Assembly: GCA_024227155.1 (NCBI GenBank)
Contig: JAAELB010000346.1
Coordinates: 9,065-73,064 of the forward strand
Source: Desulfobulbaceae bacterium
GTDB taxonomy: Bacteria; Desulfobacterota; Desulfobulbia; Desulfobulbales; Desulfocapsaceae
Length of the DNA: 64,000 nucleotides
Reading direction: 5' to 3'
Made by a program: the position numbers and the translations under genes. Under the pieces are notes generated by a model. It did no database searches. It saw only the letters and a program-made list of their open reading frames with translations, and had not been told where the DNA came from. Positions 1-10,217 of the stretch are shown in pieces; the stretch's first letter is position 1, and the number at the start of each line of letters is the position of its first letter.

Positions 1-550
1 GTTCGTAGCGGGTCAGCAGTAGATGTTCTTTCACTGGTTCTCGGCTATTGACGGCACGCGCAGTCTTACTTGCCAGCAGTCCGAGTATGCGATCGGAGTC
101 GCGTACCGATGAAACCTCAGGGTTGGTGACAACTATGGCTTCGTCGGCAAAATACATTGCCATAAAAGCCCCTTTTTCTATGCCTGCTGGCGAGTCGCAA
201 ATAATATAGTCAAAGCTTTCGGAGAGCTCATTGATCACCCGCTCAACTCCATCGATATCCAGGGTATCTTTGTCCTGGGTTTGGGAGGCGGGAAGGATAT
301 AGAGATTCTCGACCCTTTTGTCCTTGATCAGAGACTGGTTAAGATTAGATTCATTACGAATCACATTTATAAAATCATAGACAACTCGTCGTTCACAGCC
401 CATGATGAGATCAAGGTTTCGCAGCCCGACGTCGAAATCAATAACGACTGTCTTGTAACCTCTCAGGGCTAAACCTGTGCCAATCGCGGCGCTGGTGGTG
501 GTTTTACCAACACCTCCTTTTCCAGATGTGACTACTATGATTTTGGCCAT
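1..550 (-). CDS. minD: Septum site-determining ATPase MinD (3' end runs off the window)
   Basis: Read by hand from ATG at 550: MAKIIVVTSGKGGVGKTTTSAAIGTGLALRGYKTVVIDFDVGLRNLDLIMGCERRVVYDF (deviant Walker A, MinD signature); directly downstream of minC. Confidence 0.96.
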   Translation of the reverse strand, partial: MAKIIVVTSGKGGVGKTTTSAAIGTGLALRGYKTVVIDFDVGLRNLDLIMGCERRVVYDFINVIRNESNLNQSLIKDKRVENLYILPASQTQDKDTLDIDGVERVINELSESFDYIICDSPAGIEKGAFMAMYFADEAIVVTNPEVSSVRDSDRILGLLASKTARAVNSREPVKEHLLLTRYE

Positions 551-600
551 ATTTACCTCTTGGCTAATTTTTATATTATGTGAAAGATTGATGCCTGGTC

Positions 601-1353
601 CTAAACCAATGGATCAATAAGTAATTTTTCATGTCGAAGTGATATCCGCACAGCTTTACTCCTGCGATCCTCAGGAATGTCGTCATTGATGGTGTAGTAC
701 CCGGCAATAGCAACCAGGTCAGGTTGCAGATCTTGACAGAAAATTTTTGCATCCTCCCATCCCTTAACCCCAGCGAGTGCACGCCCCCGTAGACAGCCAT
801 AAACATGGATATTTCCATCAGCCATAACTTCGGCACCCGTGTTGACAGAAGACATAACGATGAGATCGCCCCCCTCAGCATACACCCTTTGGCCTGAGCG
901 AACAGGTTGTTGTACTATTTTAGTAGTGGTGTGGCTTTGGGGAAGAGCTTTGTCGTCAGTGTTTTCTTGCTTTGTATCTGATGAATTTTGTGGCCTAGTT
1001 GTATCAGGGTATTCTTTCCCTGAAGGCCAAATTGCTATTCCTTCTGCTCTTGCAATACCCTCCAGGGGGGAAATTGCCCCTGTAATACCAACAGGAATAA
1101 AATTATGTTCCTCAATTGTATTATTGATCTCTTTTAACCAATTGAGATCTACCTCTTCGTTTATGTTAGCAAAATCCAGCAGAAGAGGAGCACTTCTGAA
1201 AAATTCAGGGCCCTGCTTTACTTTGTCATGTAATTGCTGGTCAATTTCTGACAAGTCACAGCTACGCAATTGCAGTACAATAAGAGAAATTGTTTTTACC
1301 TTAAGCGAGGTGGTCACATTTTCCGGGGATTTATCAATAATTGTTGATCTCAT
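601..1353 (-). CDS. minC: Septum site-determining protein MinC
   Basis: C-terminal PVRSGQRVYA...GAEVMADGNIHVYGCLRGRALAG beta-helix motif; upstream of minD. Confidence 0.95.
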   Translation of the reverse strand: MRSTIIDKSPENVTTSLKVKTISLIVLQLRSCDLSEIDQQLHDKVKQGPEFFRSAPLLLDFANINEEVDLNWLKEINNTIEEHNFIPVGITGAISPLEGIARAEGIAIWPSGKEYPDTTRPQNSSDTKQENTDDKALPQSHTTTKIVQQPVRSGQRVYAEGGDLIVMSSVNTGAEVMADGNIHVYGCLRGRALAGVKGWEDAKIFCQDLQPDLVAIAGYYTINDDIPEDRRSKAVRISLRHEKLLIDPLV

Positions 1354-1578
1354 TGTAGATAAGATGTGGTTATGGCGGAGATAGCTTCCATGTGAATTCT
1401 CCCAGGAAACCCAAAAACGATACTTCTACAACCATTTACGCCAGATTTCAAGCGAATAACCATTCTCGCTCGACTGGAAAATAATGAAACAAGTACAGAG
1501 CGATGGTTTGGCCGAAGTCAAAACGCTTGCCGTGGTGGAAATGCGGGGAAATAAAGTGTTCTCGAACAGCCAACCGAG

Positions 1579-2541
1579 CTATTTCCACAGCCAGTTCTGA
1601 ACCTTAACTACTGTTTTAATCTGTTGCTCTTTTAACATTATATCTTCTGTCTGAATCCAGGCGGCCGTATCTATAGTGCCAAAGACGTCGGCTGCTACCA
1701 GATTGCGGGTCGCGTCCAACTGGAGTTTTCTTATAGCATCATTGTTGCCCTTATCCCTTGCAGCAATCGCAGCAAGTGTATCCTCAGAATTAGATGGATC
1801 CATTGCATCCGTCCAGGCTGCCATAAGAGCAGTCCGGAATTTTTCAACCGTTTCAGGATCAGTTTCCATCATCTTTTGGGAAGTAATAACTGAATTAGCA
1901 ACAAAATTGACCCCATGGTCGGCAGGGTTGAAAAAGCGTACACCCTCCCCCGCTTCCTGGAGGCGATTTTTCAAAATGACCCCCTGGGAGTTGCGATAAA
2001 CAGGCCATATATCGACTTTGCCAGTAAGGAAAGGGGTGAAGTCAAAACGGGCGCTCTCAATTGTAACATCACCTTTTTTGATGCCACTCTTGGCAAAGAT
2101 AGTGTTCATTATGGTCTCGTCATTGCCGCCAAAGGTGATTCCGATGCGTTTTCCTTTCAATTGTTCAAGAGTGTTTATCTCAGGAAGAGTCTGCCGATAA
2201 ATCCACTGCATGGGGTTAACTTGAAAAATCTGAAACAGTACAATCACCTCAGCGCCTTTTTCAAGTGCTCTTATCACCTGGTCCGCGGAAGCTACCCCAA
2301 ACTCAGCATGCCCCAGCTCAAGTTCTGTAATTGCGTCTTTACCCGGCCCGCCTTCCTTGATGTTTACTCTAAGACCCACTTTTTTGAAGTAGCCTTTTTC
2401 ATCGGCATAGATATCACCGGCAACGCTTGAGTTAAACAACCATTTCAAGCGGTAGGTGATCTCTTTAGTGGCTGCAGAACAGATAGTTGTATAACAGAGG
2501 ACTAACAGAATAATTGTGAAGGTCAGTATATTTTTTTGCAT
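1579..2541 (-). CDS. ABC transporter substrate-binding protein, NMT1/THI5-like
   Basis: Signal peptide from MQKNIL (ATG 2541; ORF is open to 2607); LKWL...ADEKGYFKKVGLRVNIKEGG...AEFGVA pattern typical of NMT1-family binding proteins. Confidence 0.8.
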   Translation of the reverse strand: MQKNILTFTIILLVLCYTTICSAATKEITYRLKWLFNSSVAGDIYADEKGYFKKVGLRVNIKEGGPGKDAITELELGHAEFGVASADQVIRALEKGAEVIVLFQIFQVNPMQWIYRQTLPEINTLEQLKGKRIGITFGGNDETIMNTIFAKSGIKKGDVTIESARFDFTPFLTGKVDIWPVYRNSQGVILKNRLQEAGEGVRFFNPADHGVNFVANSVITSQKMMETDPETVEKFRTALMAAWTDAMDPSNSEDTLAAIAARDKGNNDAIRKLQLDATRNLVAADVFGTIDTAAWIQTEDIMLKEQQIKTVVKVQNWLWK

Positions 2542-2563
2542 GGTTTCAGTTGTGGTTTTAAAA

Positions 2564-3322
2564 TTAATCTTCTGGTGCAATGTCCCAGGCTTTTTGTACT
2601 TGTGCACTGCCGCTTTCTAGAAGTCCCTGATATGCTGAGATGACGATACCAATCATAAAAAGTGCCACCAGGATTTTAGCCAGATCACTTTGGTATAGTG
2701 CTATTCGGATCGAATAGCCTATCCCGGCGTCCGCTGCGATAAATTCTGCAACAATAGCTCCGGCCATTGCCAGTGTAGCACTCCCCGAGATGACCGTTGC
2801 AAGTTTACTCAGATTCTCAAAAGCTCGTATTTTTACTTCGAGTTGCCATCTCATTTTTCCTGTAGCGATATAGAAGTGTTCGATATCCTTAACAGGTGAC
2901 GACATAACCCCGAGCACAGAGAGGAGAAGCGGGAAATAACAGATCATAGAAGCGATAAGCAACCGGGGAATAAAGCCATCGCCCAAAAGGATAAAAATTA
3001 TTGGCGCCAGGGCAACGATAGGATATGCCTGAATATTATATGCTGTCATTTTGATGAATGATCCTATCCAGCTCGACTTTCTCCCGGCGATGCCAACAGT
3101 AAAAGCAAGGATGATGGAGATAATTTGGCCAATTACTGTCACCCTGAGAGTGTTGAGCACATCATAAAAATAATCTCTGGCTGTTTCTCCTGCAGTGTCG
3201 ATTATAAGAGACACTCCCGGGATGACATAATCGGATAGTCCTAACGATAATTTGACCAACAGCAGCCCGGCTATAGCCAATATATAAACAATCAGAAACT
3301 GGTAGATTCTTCTAGAAAGCAT
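2564..3322 (-). CDS. ABC transporter permease (SsuC/TauC/ThiX-type)
   Basis: Multiple TM helices; QAYPIVALAPI and GAIVAEFIAADAGIGY motifs. Confidence 0.88.
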   Translation of the reverse strand: MLSRRIYQFLIVYILAIAGLLLVKLSLGLSDYVIPGVSLIIDTAGETARDYFYDVLNTLRVTVIGQIISIILAFTVGIAGRKSSWIGSFIKMTAYNIQAYPIVALAPIIFILLGDGFIPRLLIASMICYFPLLLSVLGVMSSPVKDIEHFYIATGKMRWQLEVKIRAFENLSKLATVISGSATLAMAGAIVAEFIAADAGIGYSIRIALYQSDLAKILVALFMIGIVISAYQGLLESGSAQVQKAWDIAPED

Positions 3323-4010
3323 TCATAATCTCCAGCATGTTCTTATCAACCAGTTGTCGATCGATGGACTCGGCGCTGCAGCAATTCTGTCCTGGAATCT
3401 TGATATATCTTTTACCTTTAGCTCCACCACCAAAGACAATAACCTCATCACAAAATGTGGATACCTCCATCAGGTTATGGGAGATATAAAGAAACATTTT
3501 TTCAGGAAAAATCCGTTTAATGGTAAGAATGATGGTTTGCCTCATTTTCTCATCTACGTTTGCCAGGCTTTCATCGAGAATGAGTAGGTCAAAGTCCTGC
3601 AGCAGGTATCTGATGAGATTCATCCTGTTCTGCTGGCCCATTGAAAGCTGATGGAAGCGGGAGCCAAGAAGTGATGTGAGGTTGAAGGTGTCGATGAGCT
3701 CTTGTTTTAACTGTTTTTTTTCCGCTGCAACCACCTTGTCAAGATGTGCACCGGCACTTGACCACCCTGGCAATCGTTCCTGGTTGTAGGAGTAAAGGAT
3801 TGTCTTGAGACCATTGAACAGTAATTCTCCATGATAATCATACCGTTTTTCATCCGCTATCAATCGAGCAAATGAGCTTTTTCCAACCCCAGAGGGGCCA
3901 AAAATAGAATGAAATCCCGGTCTACTTAAGCTGCATTGGACATTTTCAAGAACATTACTATTTGCACCGGGATAACAATATGTGAGATTACTGCACTTGA
4001 GTTGCATCAT
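3312..4010 (-). CDS. ABC transporter ATP-binding protein
   Basis: Walker A GPSGVGKS, signature LSMGQ, Walker B LLILDE, H-loop ISHN; overlaps the permease gene. Confidence 0.9.
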   Translation of the reverse strand: MMQLKCSNLTYCYPGANSNVLENVQCSLSRPGFHSIFGPSGVGKSSFARLIADEKRYDYHGELLFNGLKTILYSYNQERLPGWSSAGAHLDKVVAAEKKQLKQELIDTFNLTSLLGSRFHQLSMGQQNRMNLIRYLLQDFDLLILDESLANVDEKMRQTIILTIKRIFPEKMFLYISHNLMEVSTFCDEVIVFGGGAKGKRYIKIPGQNCCSAESIDRQLVDKNMLEIMNAF

Positions 4011-4071
4011 GGGTAAACGTTTGCTACCAAAATAGTTTTGTAATTTTTCGTTAGTTCTTAATGTTCAAAAA

Positions 4072-5685
4072 TTAAATACCATAAATAAACACTATATTCA
4101 GACAACCTATGAGAAACCCAAGGAGAGCACCAAAAAGATTAATATATTTGAACTGTTCTTCCATTATTGAAAGCAAAAGCCGTTCCACCTGGAGTAGATC
4201 AAGTGAGTTGACCTTTTCCGTTACTATTTTTCGAATATTCAAGGACTGAACTAATCCGGGCACTTCAGAGGCAAGCATTCCAGATGCCATTGTCTGGAGT
4301 GATTTTGAAACGCCCTCTTTAACTCCGGCGGGAACAATATTGGCAAGTCTGCCAATCCTTTTTTTCAAAAGAGACCCTGCCAGGGAATCAACCATGGAAT
4401 CAATCGTTTCCAGTGTGTTTTCCGTTTGTAATAATTCTCTGATTTCCTTTTTCACCCAATCTTTACCATCAAGGGTCGACTGAGCTCCAAGTAGGCTAAT
4501 TAGTAGTTCTCCAATGCTCACCGCTCCGGATTCAATGTGGTTTTCCACATTAGATTTAATCATCGAAGAAAACATCTCTGCGACTTCTTCCTCCCGGACC
4601 AGCAGGAGAATCTGCGTTGTACACTGTTGACAGAAATCGTTCACAACATTTTCATCTTCAGCTTTCACCCAATCAACGATGGGTTTGTTAAGAAAATCAA
4701 CGCTACGCTCCCTCAGTATGGTAACGACGCGATTTTGAACATCCTCTGACTGTAACCAGGCAACAATGTCATCGTTTTTCTCAATGAGATATTCTCGGAT
4801 TTTTTCTTCTACGGTCTCCATTTTGAGAAAACCGCGAACCATATCCGCCATAGAGCCCAGGGATTCGATGAATTTGTCAACACCTGCACATGCGCCTATG
4901 ACCACCTTGTCACGGACATCAGGTTCGCTGACTATGGTTGCAAGTTTTTTCAAAAAGGTGGGGATCTGCTTTTCAATAGATTCGAGAAGCAGATCTTGCA
5001 GTGATTCGGGAAAGATTTCAGATAGAGATTTTTTCTGTTGTAATGCACTATAGACTTTCTGTTGTACGAAATCCTCCACCCATTGTTCCATTGCCTTACT
5101 TTCAAACATTCGGGCAATGTTTTCCTGGATAAAGGAATATCCGACTTCCCTTTTGTCGCCGGGAAAGACCGTACCTAGTTCACGGGCTAGAAAATTATCG
5201 AGGCGATCATCGATTGCTCCGTTGACTATGCTGGTAAATTGACTTGAGTTGATAAAATTTCTAAGCTGACTTTTAATTTGATAGGTGACAGCCTTAGATC
5301 CAATATCAAAGTAGACAAAAAATTTTTCTGGAATAATAGACTCAATAGGTCCCATGTCTTTTTGCAACACACCGTCAACACGCTGCTGTATGAGATTGTA
5401 GAGATGATTTTGAAAAACCTCGTGTTGCAATCCTTTACCCACCTCCTCACTGGTTAACAAGTGGTCTCCCACAACCTCACCCATATTCAAGGCAAGTTCA
5501 TGTCGTTTAGAGGGTATTACCCCGGGTGTCATAGGAATTCGTAAACCTGCTATTTTCCACGCTTTGAGTGGACGAAATAACATTTTGATCGCAACTCTGT
5601 TGGTAAGGTAGCCGATAAAGGCACCGAGCACTGGTGGAGCTATATATTTTGCGTAAGGTAAGAACTCAGGAGGGAGATATGACAT
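4072..5685 (-). CDS. DUF445/UPF0754-family membrane-anchored protein
   Basis: N-terminal GAFIGYLTNRVAIKMLFRP...TPGVIP and C-terminal FKYINLFGALLGFLIG with a long helical middle. Confidence 0.88.
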   Translation of the reverse strand: MSYLPPEFLPYAKYIAPPVLGAFIGYLTNRVAIKMLFRPLKAWKIAGLRIPMTPGVIPSKRHELALNMGEVVGDHLLTSEEVGKGLQHEVFQNHLYNLIQQRVDGVLQKDMGPIESIIPEKFFVYFDIGSKAVTYQIKSQLRNFINSSQFTSIVNGAIDDRLDNFLARELGTVFPGDKREVGYSFIQENIARMFESKAMEQWVEDFVQQKVYSALQQKKSLSEIFPESLQDLLLESIEKQIPTFLKKLATIVSEPDVRDKVVIGACAGVDKFIESLGSMADMVRGFLKMETVEEKIREYLIEKNDDIVAWLQSEDVQNRVVTILRERSVDFLNKPIVDWVKAEDENVVNDFCQQCTTQILLLVREEEVAEMFSSMIKSNVENHIESGAVSIGELLISLLGAQSTLDGKDWVKKEIRELLQTENTLETIDSMVDSLAGSLLKKRIGRLANIVPAGVKEGVSKSLQTMASGMLASEVPGLVQSLNIRKIVTEKVNSLDLLQVERLLLSIMEEQFKYINLFGALLGFLIGCLNIVFIYGI

Positions 5686-6322
5686 AGTTTAATAATTCTT
5701 TTGGATGATTAATGATTCTTTCAGCACCATTTTCGATAAGTTCAGCTTCAGTCCTGAATCCCCACGTTACGCCTATAGACCTCATGCCGCTATTAGCTGC
5801 GGTCTGCATGTCAACTCCGGAGTCTCCTACAAAAAATGTATTTTCAGGAGTCGAACCCAGAACCTTTGCAATATCCAGTGCGACATCAGGATTTGGTTTT
5901 CTAGCAAATCCTTCTCTTTGGCCTAATACAATTTCAAATGGTCTGTTGGGGAAAAACTCATCTGTAAAAGGTAATGTAAATGAATGTGGTTTATTTGAGA
6001 GAACTCCCATTCTCACACCCATCTTAGCAAGCGCGGACAACATATCATTAATGCCACGGTAGGGGCAACAGTTTCTGTTCCAGATTTTAGAATAAATCTC
6101 TTCAAAGTCAGCGCGGCATTTTTCTACTATTCTGTTGTCGGTACCTGGTGGCACAATTTGTTTAATGAGATGTTGGAGGCCTTGACCCACAAATAATTTA
6201 TAACTTTCAGTAGTATGGGTAGGGAAATTTTGGTTTAGCAAAACTTGGTTTGATGCGTCTGCAAGATCCTGTAAGGTATCAAGAAGAGTTCCGTCGAGGT
6301 CAAATATTACTGATGCGAGCAT
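5666..6322 (-). CDS. HAD-family hydrolase (phosphoglycolate phosphatase-like)
   Basis: FDLDGTLLDT, LSNK, RKPNP, FVGDSGVD, GVTWGF motifs. Confidence 0.9.
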   Translation of the reverse strand: MLASVIFDLDGTLLDTLQDLADASNQVLLNQNFPTHTTESYKLFVGQGLQHLIKQIVPPGTDNRIVEKCRADFEEIYSKIWNRNCCPYRGINDMLSALAKMGVRMGVLSNKPHSFTLPFTDEFFPNRPFEIVLGQREGFARKPNPDVALDIAKVLGSTPENTFFVGDSGVDMQTAANSGMRSIGVTWGFRTEAELIENGAERIINHPKELLNYVISPS

Positions 6323-6620
6323 GTTTTTTTGTCGTTATATAGGTGATAATAAAGATTTAGTTGTTTTTTTGTATGGCATTTAGCTGATATTTAAAACTAC
6401 ATAAACCCACTAGTCATTAAAAAACCAAGTTTTTCCTTTTCTTTTTCAGTTTTTTTTATATTATCAATTTCTAACACCCCACAAGGGGGTATAAGTGTCT
6501 TGGATATAACTCTAAGTTTTTGATTTCAAAATAATCTCACAATCTCTTGTTTTTTATTACAGCTTTTATGGAGTAAGGCACTAAATTACTAACATTAACT
6601 CATAAATTTTCACCGAAGGT

Positions 6621-7274
6621 GTGCTTATGTGGTTTGTCAGGTTCCTCACGTCCTCAATTGGCAAGAAACTAATTATGGCAGCTACTGGTTTGCTGTTAGT
6701 TTTATTCCTTTTCACTCATGTAGCTGGTAATGCCACGATCTTCATGAGCAGTGAAGTTTTTCAGAGCTATGCGGATGAGCTTCACAGCCATCCTCTAATC
6801 GTTCTCATTTTCAGTTTATCCCTACTCCTGGTAATTCTCGCTCACGTGGTAGTTGGGCTATTTCTCTTCTATGAAAACAGACAGGAAAGCAATTCGAGAT
6901 ATGCGGTCACAACCAGGGTGGTGAAGAATTCTTTTGCTTCTGAAACCATGCCCTACACCGGCTTGTTCATACTGCTCTTTCTTTTTGTACACATTTTTGG
7001 TTTTACCTTCTCACCAAAAGACGTCCTTATTTCTGTTACAGTAAAAGAGCTGCTTGGAAACTTTTTCTATTCCCTGTTTTATATAATTGCCTTCATAGCA
7101 CTGACAATTCACCTGAGTCACGGTTTCTGGTCTATGCTGCAAACGTTTGGAGTGAATCATCCAAGGTATAATACTCTTATATCCCGTCTGACTTTAGGGA
7201 TTCCACTGTTTTTTCTGTTAATTTTCGGTGGAGTAGCACTGTACTTCATGACTGGACTCGGCGCATCATATTGA
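6621..7274 (+). CDS. sdhC: Succinate dehydrogenase/fumarate reductase cytochrome b subunit
   Basis: SSIGKKLIMAATGL...HVAGN...HLSHGFWSMLQTFG; five TM helices with heme-ligating His; precedes sdhA. Confidence 0.92.
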   Translation: MLMWFVRFLTSSIGKKLIMAATGLLLVLFLFTHVAGNATIFMSSEVFQSYADELHSHPLIVLIFSLSLLLVILAHVVVGLFLFYENRQESNSRYAVTTRVVKNSFASETMPYTGLFILLFLFVHIFGFTFSPKDVLISVTVKELLGNFFYSLFYIIAFIALTIHLSHGFWSMLQTFGVNHPRYNTLISRLTLGIPLFFLLIFGGVALYFMTGLGASY

Positions 7275-7352
7275 AAGTGGTGAACAAGGCGTCTTGTTAA
7301 AATTAATTTGACAGAAAGATACTCATAAAGCAACTAGCCAAGGTTTTGAAAC

Positions 7353-9281
7353 ATGGAACTCAATTCTCGCGTACCTTCAGGCCCCTTAGAAGCAAAATGG
7401 GATAACCATAGATTCTCCAACAAACTCGTTAATCCTGCTAACAGGAGAAAATATTCAGCTATTGTCGTAGGAACAGGACTCGCGGGTGCGTCCGCTTCTG
7501 CCACACTTTCAGAGCAGGGATACCAGGTAAAAACCTTTTGTATCCAAGATAGCCCCAGACGAGCCCATTCTATAGCGGCTCAGGGTGGAATTAATGCCGC
7601 AAAAAATTACCAGAATGACGGTGATTCTGTTTTCAGGCTCTTTTACGACACCATCAAAGGCGGTGATTTCCGAGCCCGAGAGGCAAATGTTTATCGACTG
7701 GCCCAGGTAAGTACAGAAATTATTGACCAGTGTGTTGCTCAAGGGGTCCCTTTTGCGAGGGAATACGGTGGAACTTTAGCAAACAGATCATTTGGTGGTG
7801 CCCAGGTAAGTCGAACATTTTATGCCAGGGGACAAACCGGTCAACAGCTTCTTTTAGGGGCATATGGCGCACTCTCAAGACAGATCCACTCAGGCGGAGT
7901 AACCATGTATACCCGCCATGAAATGATGGATGTTGTTGTAGTTGATGGCAGGGCGCGGGGTATTACAACTCGAAATGTTATAAGCGGAGAGCTTGAAAGT
8001 TTCGAAGCCGATGTTGTTATTCTTGCAACTGGTGGCTACGGAAACGTCTATTTTCTTTCCACAAACGCCATGGCTTCTAACGTCACTTCGGCATGGAGAG
8101 CCTACAAAAAGGGTGCTGGCTTTGCCAACCCTTCATTTGTACAGATCCATCCGACCTGTATCCCTGTTCACGGAGACTACCAGTCAAAGCTTACTCTGAT
8201 GAGTGAGAGTCTGCGTAATGATGGCAGAGTCTGGGTTCCAAAAAAGAAAGGCGACAATCGCCCTCCCCTTGAGATCCCTGAAGAAGAACGTGATTATTAC
8301 CTGGAAAATAAATACCCAAGTTTTGGTAATCTTGTTCCAAGAGACGTAGCCTCCAGGAATGCGAAAGAACAGTGTGACCTTGGAAAGGGTGTAGGAACAA
8401 CAAACCTTGCAGTGTACCTTGATTTTGCAGAAGCTATTCAAAGAGACGGCAGAGATACTATTTTTAAAAAATATGGTAATCTCTTTCAGATGTATGAGAA
8501 AATCACCGACTCCAATCCAATGGAAGAGCCGATGATGATCTACCCTGCTGTTCACTACACTATGGGTGGCCTTTGGGTGGATTACGATTTGATGACCACA
8601 ATTCCTGGCCTTTTTGCCATTGGAGAGTGCAATTTCTCTGACCATGGTGCAAACCGACTTGGTGCAAGTGCCTTGATGCAGGGTCTTGCGGATGGTTATT
8701 TCGTAATCGCAACTTCGGTTGCACATTATCTTGGCACCACTTCCCTTGATACGGTCAGTGAACATGATCAGGCTTTCATCGATTCTAAGCGCGAGGTGGA
8801 AGATCGAATTGCCAAAATCCTTAAAAATAGTGCAGGTGGACCGGCAGGTAAATACACTGTAGATGAAATCCACAAAGAGCTTGGCAAGCTCATGTGGGAT
8901 AATTGCGGTATGGCCAGGAACAAAGAAGATCTTGAGAAGGCGCTTAAAGAATTGCCAGAGATCAGAGAAAAATTCTGGGATAATGTTTATATCCCCGGAT
9001 CGACCAAAGAAGTCAACCAGTCTCTTGAACGTGCGGGTCGTCTTGCCGATTTCCTCGAATTTGCGGAAATTATGATTCGTGACGCACTGACCCGTGGAGA
9101 GTCATGTGGCTGTCATCTCCGCGAAGAGAGTCAGACCGAAGAAAACGAAGCAAAACGAGATGACGATAACTATTCCCATGTTTCTGTATGGGAGCATGCT
9201 GGGGACGAGGAGGAGCCGATTTTACACCAAGAGGCTTTGACTTTTGAAAACGTAACTCCTTCGCAGAGAAGTTATAAATAA
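7353..9281 (+). CDS. sdhA: Succinate dehydrogenase/fumarate reductase flavoprotein subunit
   Basis: [11 protein letters not shown]-binding, [10 protein letters not shown] covalent-FAD His motif, [19 protein letters not shown]. Confidence 0.96.
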   Translation: MELNSRVPSGPLEAKWDNHRFSNKLVNPANRRKYSAIVVGTGLAGASASATLSEQGYQVKTFCIQDSPRRAHSIAAQGGINAAKNYQNDGDSVFRLFYDTIKGGDFRAREANVYRLAQVSTEIIDQCVAQGVPFAREYGGTLANRSFGGAQVSRTFYARGQTGQQLLLGAYGALSRQIHSGGVTMYTRHEMMDVVVVDGRARGITTRNVISGELESFEADVVILATGGYGNVYFLSTNAMASNVTSAWRAYKKGAGFANPSFVQIHPTCIPVHGDYQSKLTLMSESLRNDGRVWVPKKKGDNRPPLEIPEEERDYYLENKYPSFGNLVPRDVASRNAKEQCDLGKGVGTTNLAVYLDFAEAIQRDGRDTIFKKYGNLFQMYEKITDSNPMEEPMMIYPAVHYTMGGLWVDYDLMTTIPGLFAIGECNFSDHGANRLGASALMQGLADGYFVIATSVAHYLGTTSLDTVSEHDQAFIDSKREVEDRIAKILKNSAGGPAGKYTVDEIHKELGKLMWDNCGMARNKEDLEKALKELPEIREKFWDNVYIPGSTKEVNQSLERAGRLADFLEFAEIMIRDALTRGESCGCHLREESQTEENEAKRDDDNYSHVSVWEHAGDEEEPILHQEALTFENVTPSQRSYK

Positions 9282-9347
9282 GACTCCTGACCCGTTACTA
9301 GGTAGAGACTAGAGACTTTTAAACTGAACTCTTAAGGTATAGATAAC

Positions 9348-10103
9348 ATGAGCAGTATAGACCTGACATTAAAGATCTGGCGACAACAAAACAGTGATTC
9401 CTTAGGGAGCTTAGAGACCTATTCTCTCGATGGGGTTCATACCGATATGTCTTTTTTGGAAATGCTTGACGTACTCAATGAGAAGCTAACCAAAGAGGCA
9501 AAGGACCCGGTTGCATTTGACCATGATTGTCGTGAGGGTATCTGCGGTATGTGCGGAGCTATTGTTGACGGGGTTGCCCATGGGCCGGAAAAAGAAGTTA
9601 CTCTTTGTCAACTCCACATGCGACACTTTCAGAGTGGAGATACTATTGTCATAGAGCCTTTTCGCTCCAGGGCCTATCCGATCAAAAAAGATCTTCTTAT
9701 CGATAGATCAGCGCTTGACAGGATTATTCAATCAGGGGGCTATGTATCTGTAAACACAGGGGGAACTGTTGATGGTAACGCTCTGCCTATCCCATCTCCC
9801 CAAGCAGAACTCGCCATGGATGCTGCTGCCTGTATTGGCTGTGGTGCCTGTGTTGCAAGCTGTCCCAATGGAGCAGCCATGTTATTTACCAGTGCAAAGG
9901 TTTCTCAGCTTGCTCTCCTGCCCCAGGGAATGGTTGAGCGTAAAGAGCGCGCACTTGCTATGGTTGCGCAAATGGATGAAGAAGGCTTTGGCAATTGTAC
10001 AAACGCAAAAGAGTGTGAAGCGGTGTGTCCAAAGGGTATTTCCATTAGAAACATTGCAAGACTCAACAGAGAGTATTTAAAGGCTATGTTGACAGAAGGT
10101 TGA
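9348..10103 (+). CDS. sdhB: Succinate dehydrogenase/fumarate reductase iron-sulfur subunit
   Basis: CREGICGMC, CIGCGACVASCP and GNCTNAKECEAVCP Fe-S motifs. Confidence 0.96.
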   Translation: MSSIDLTLKIWRQQNSDSLGSLETYSLDGVHTDMSFLEMLDVLNEKLTKEAKDPVAFDHDCREGICGMCGAIVDGVAHGPEKEVTLCQLHMRHFQSGDTIVIEPFRSRAYPIKKDLLIDRSALDRIIQSGGYVSVNTGGTVDGNALPIPSPQAELAMDAAACIGCGACVASCPNGAAMLFTSAKVSQLALLPQGMVERKERALAMVAQMDEEGFGNCTNAKECEAVCPKGISIRNIARLNREYLKAMLTEG

Positions 10104-10134
10104 TCGGATTTACAAGAGAACAGATTCAGTTGTT

Positions 10135-10172
10135 GCCTGCCACTGCGCTCATTGCAGTTGGCAGGCTTTTTT
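10135..10172 (+). terminator. Intrinsic terminator of sdhCAB
   Basis: GCCTGCCACTGC-loop-GCAGTTGGCAGGC stem followed by TTTTTT, about 30 nt after the sdhB stop. Confidence 0.8.
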
Positions 10173-10217
10173 GTTGTGCAGGAACTAATTTTCTTCTCCC
10201 AAAAGCAAAAAGAGTAA

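Noticed and set aside
4011-4071. TPP riboswitch expected upstream of an NMT1/THI5-type importer
   Set aside because: The 61-bp AT-rich gap has no riboswitch consensus; the transporter substrate is left unassigned
8184-8873. Long antisense ORFs (229 aa here; also 9905-10585, 44673-45314, 839-1384)
   Set aside because: Shadow frames opposite well-supported genes, with no recognisable motifs
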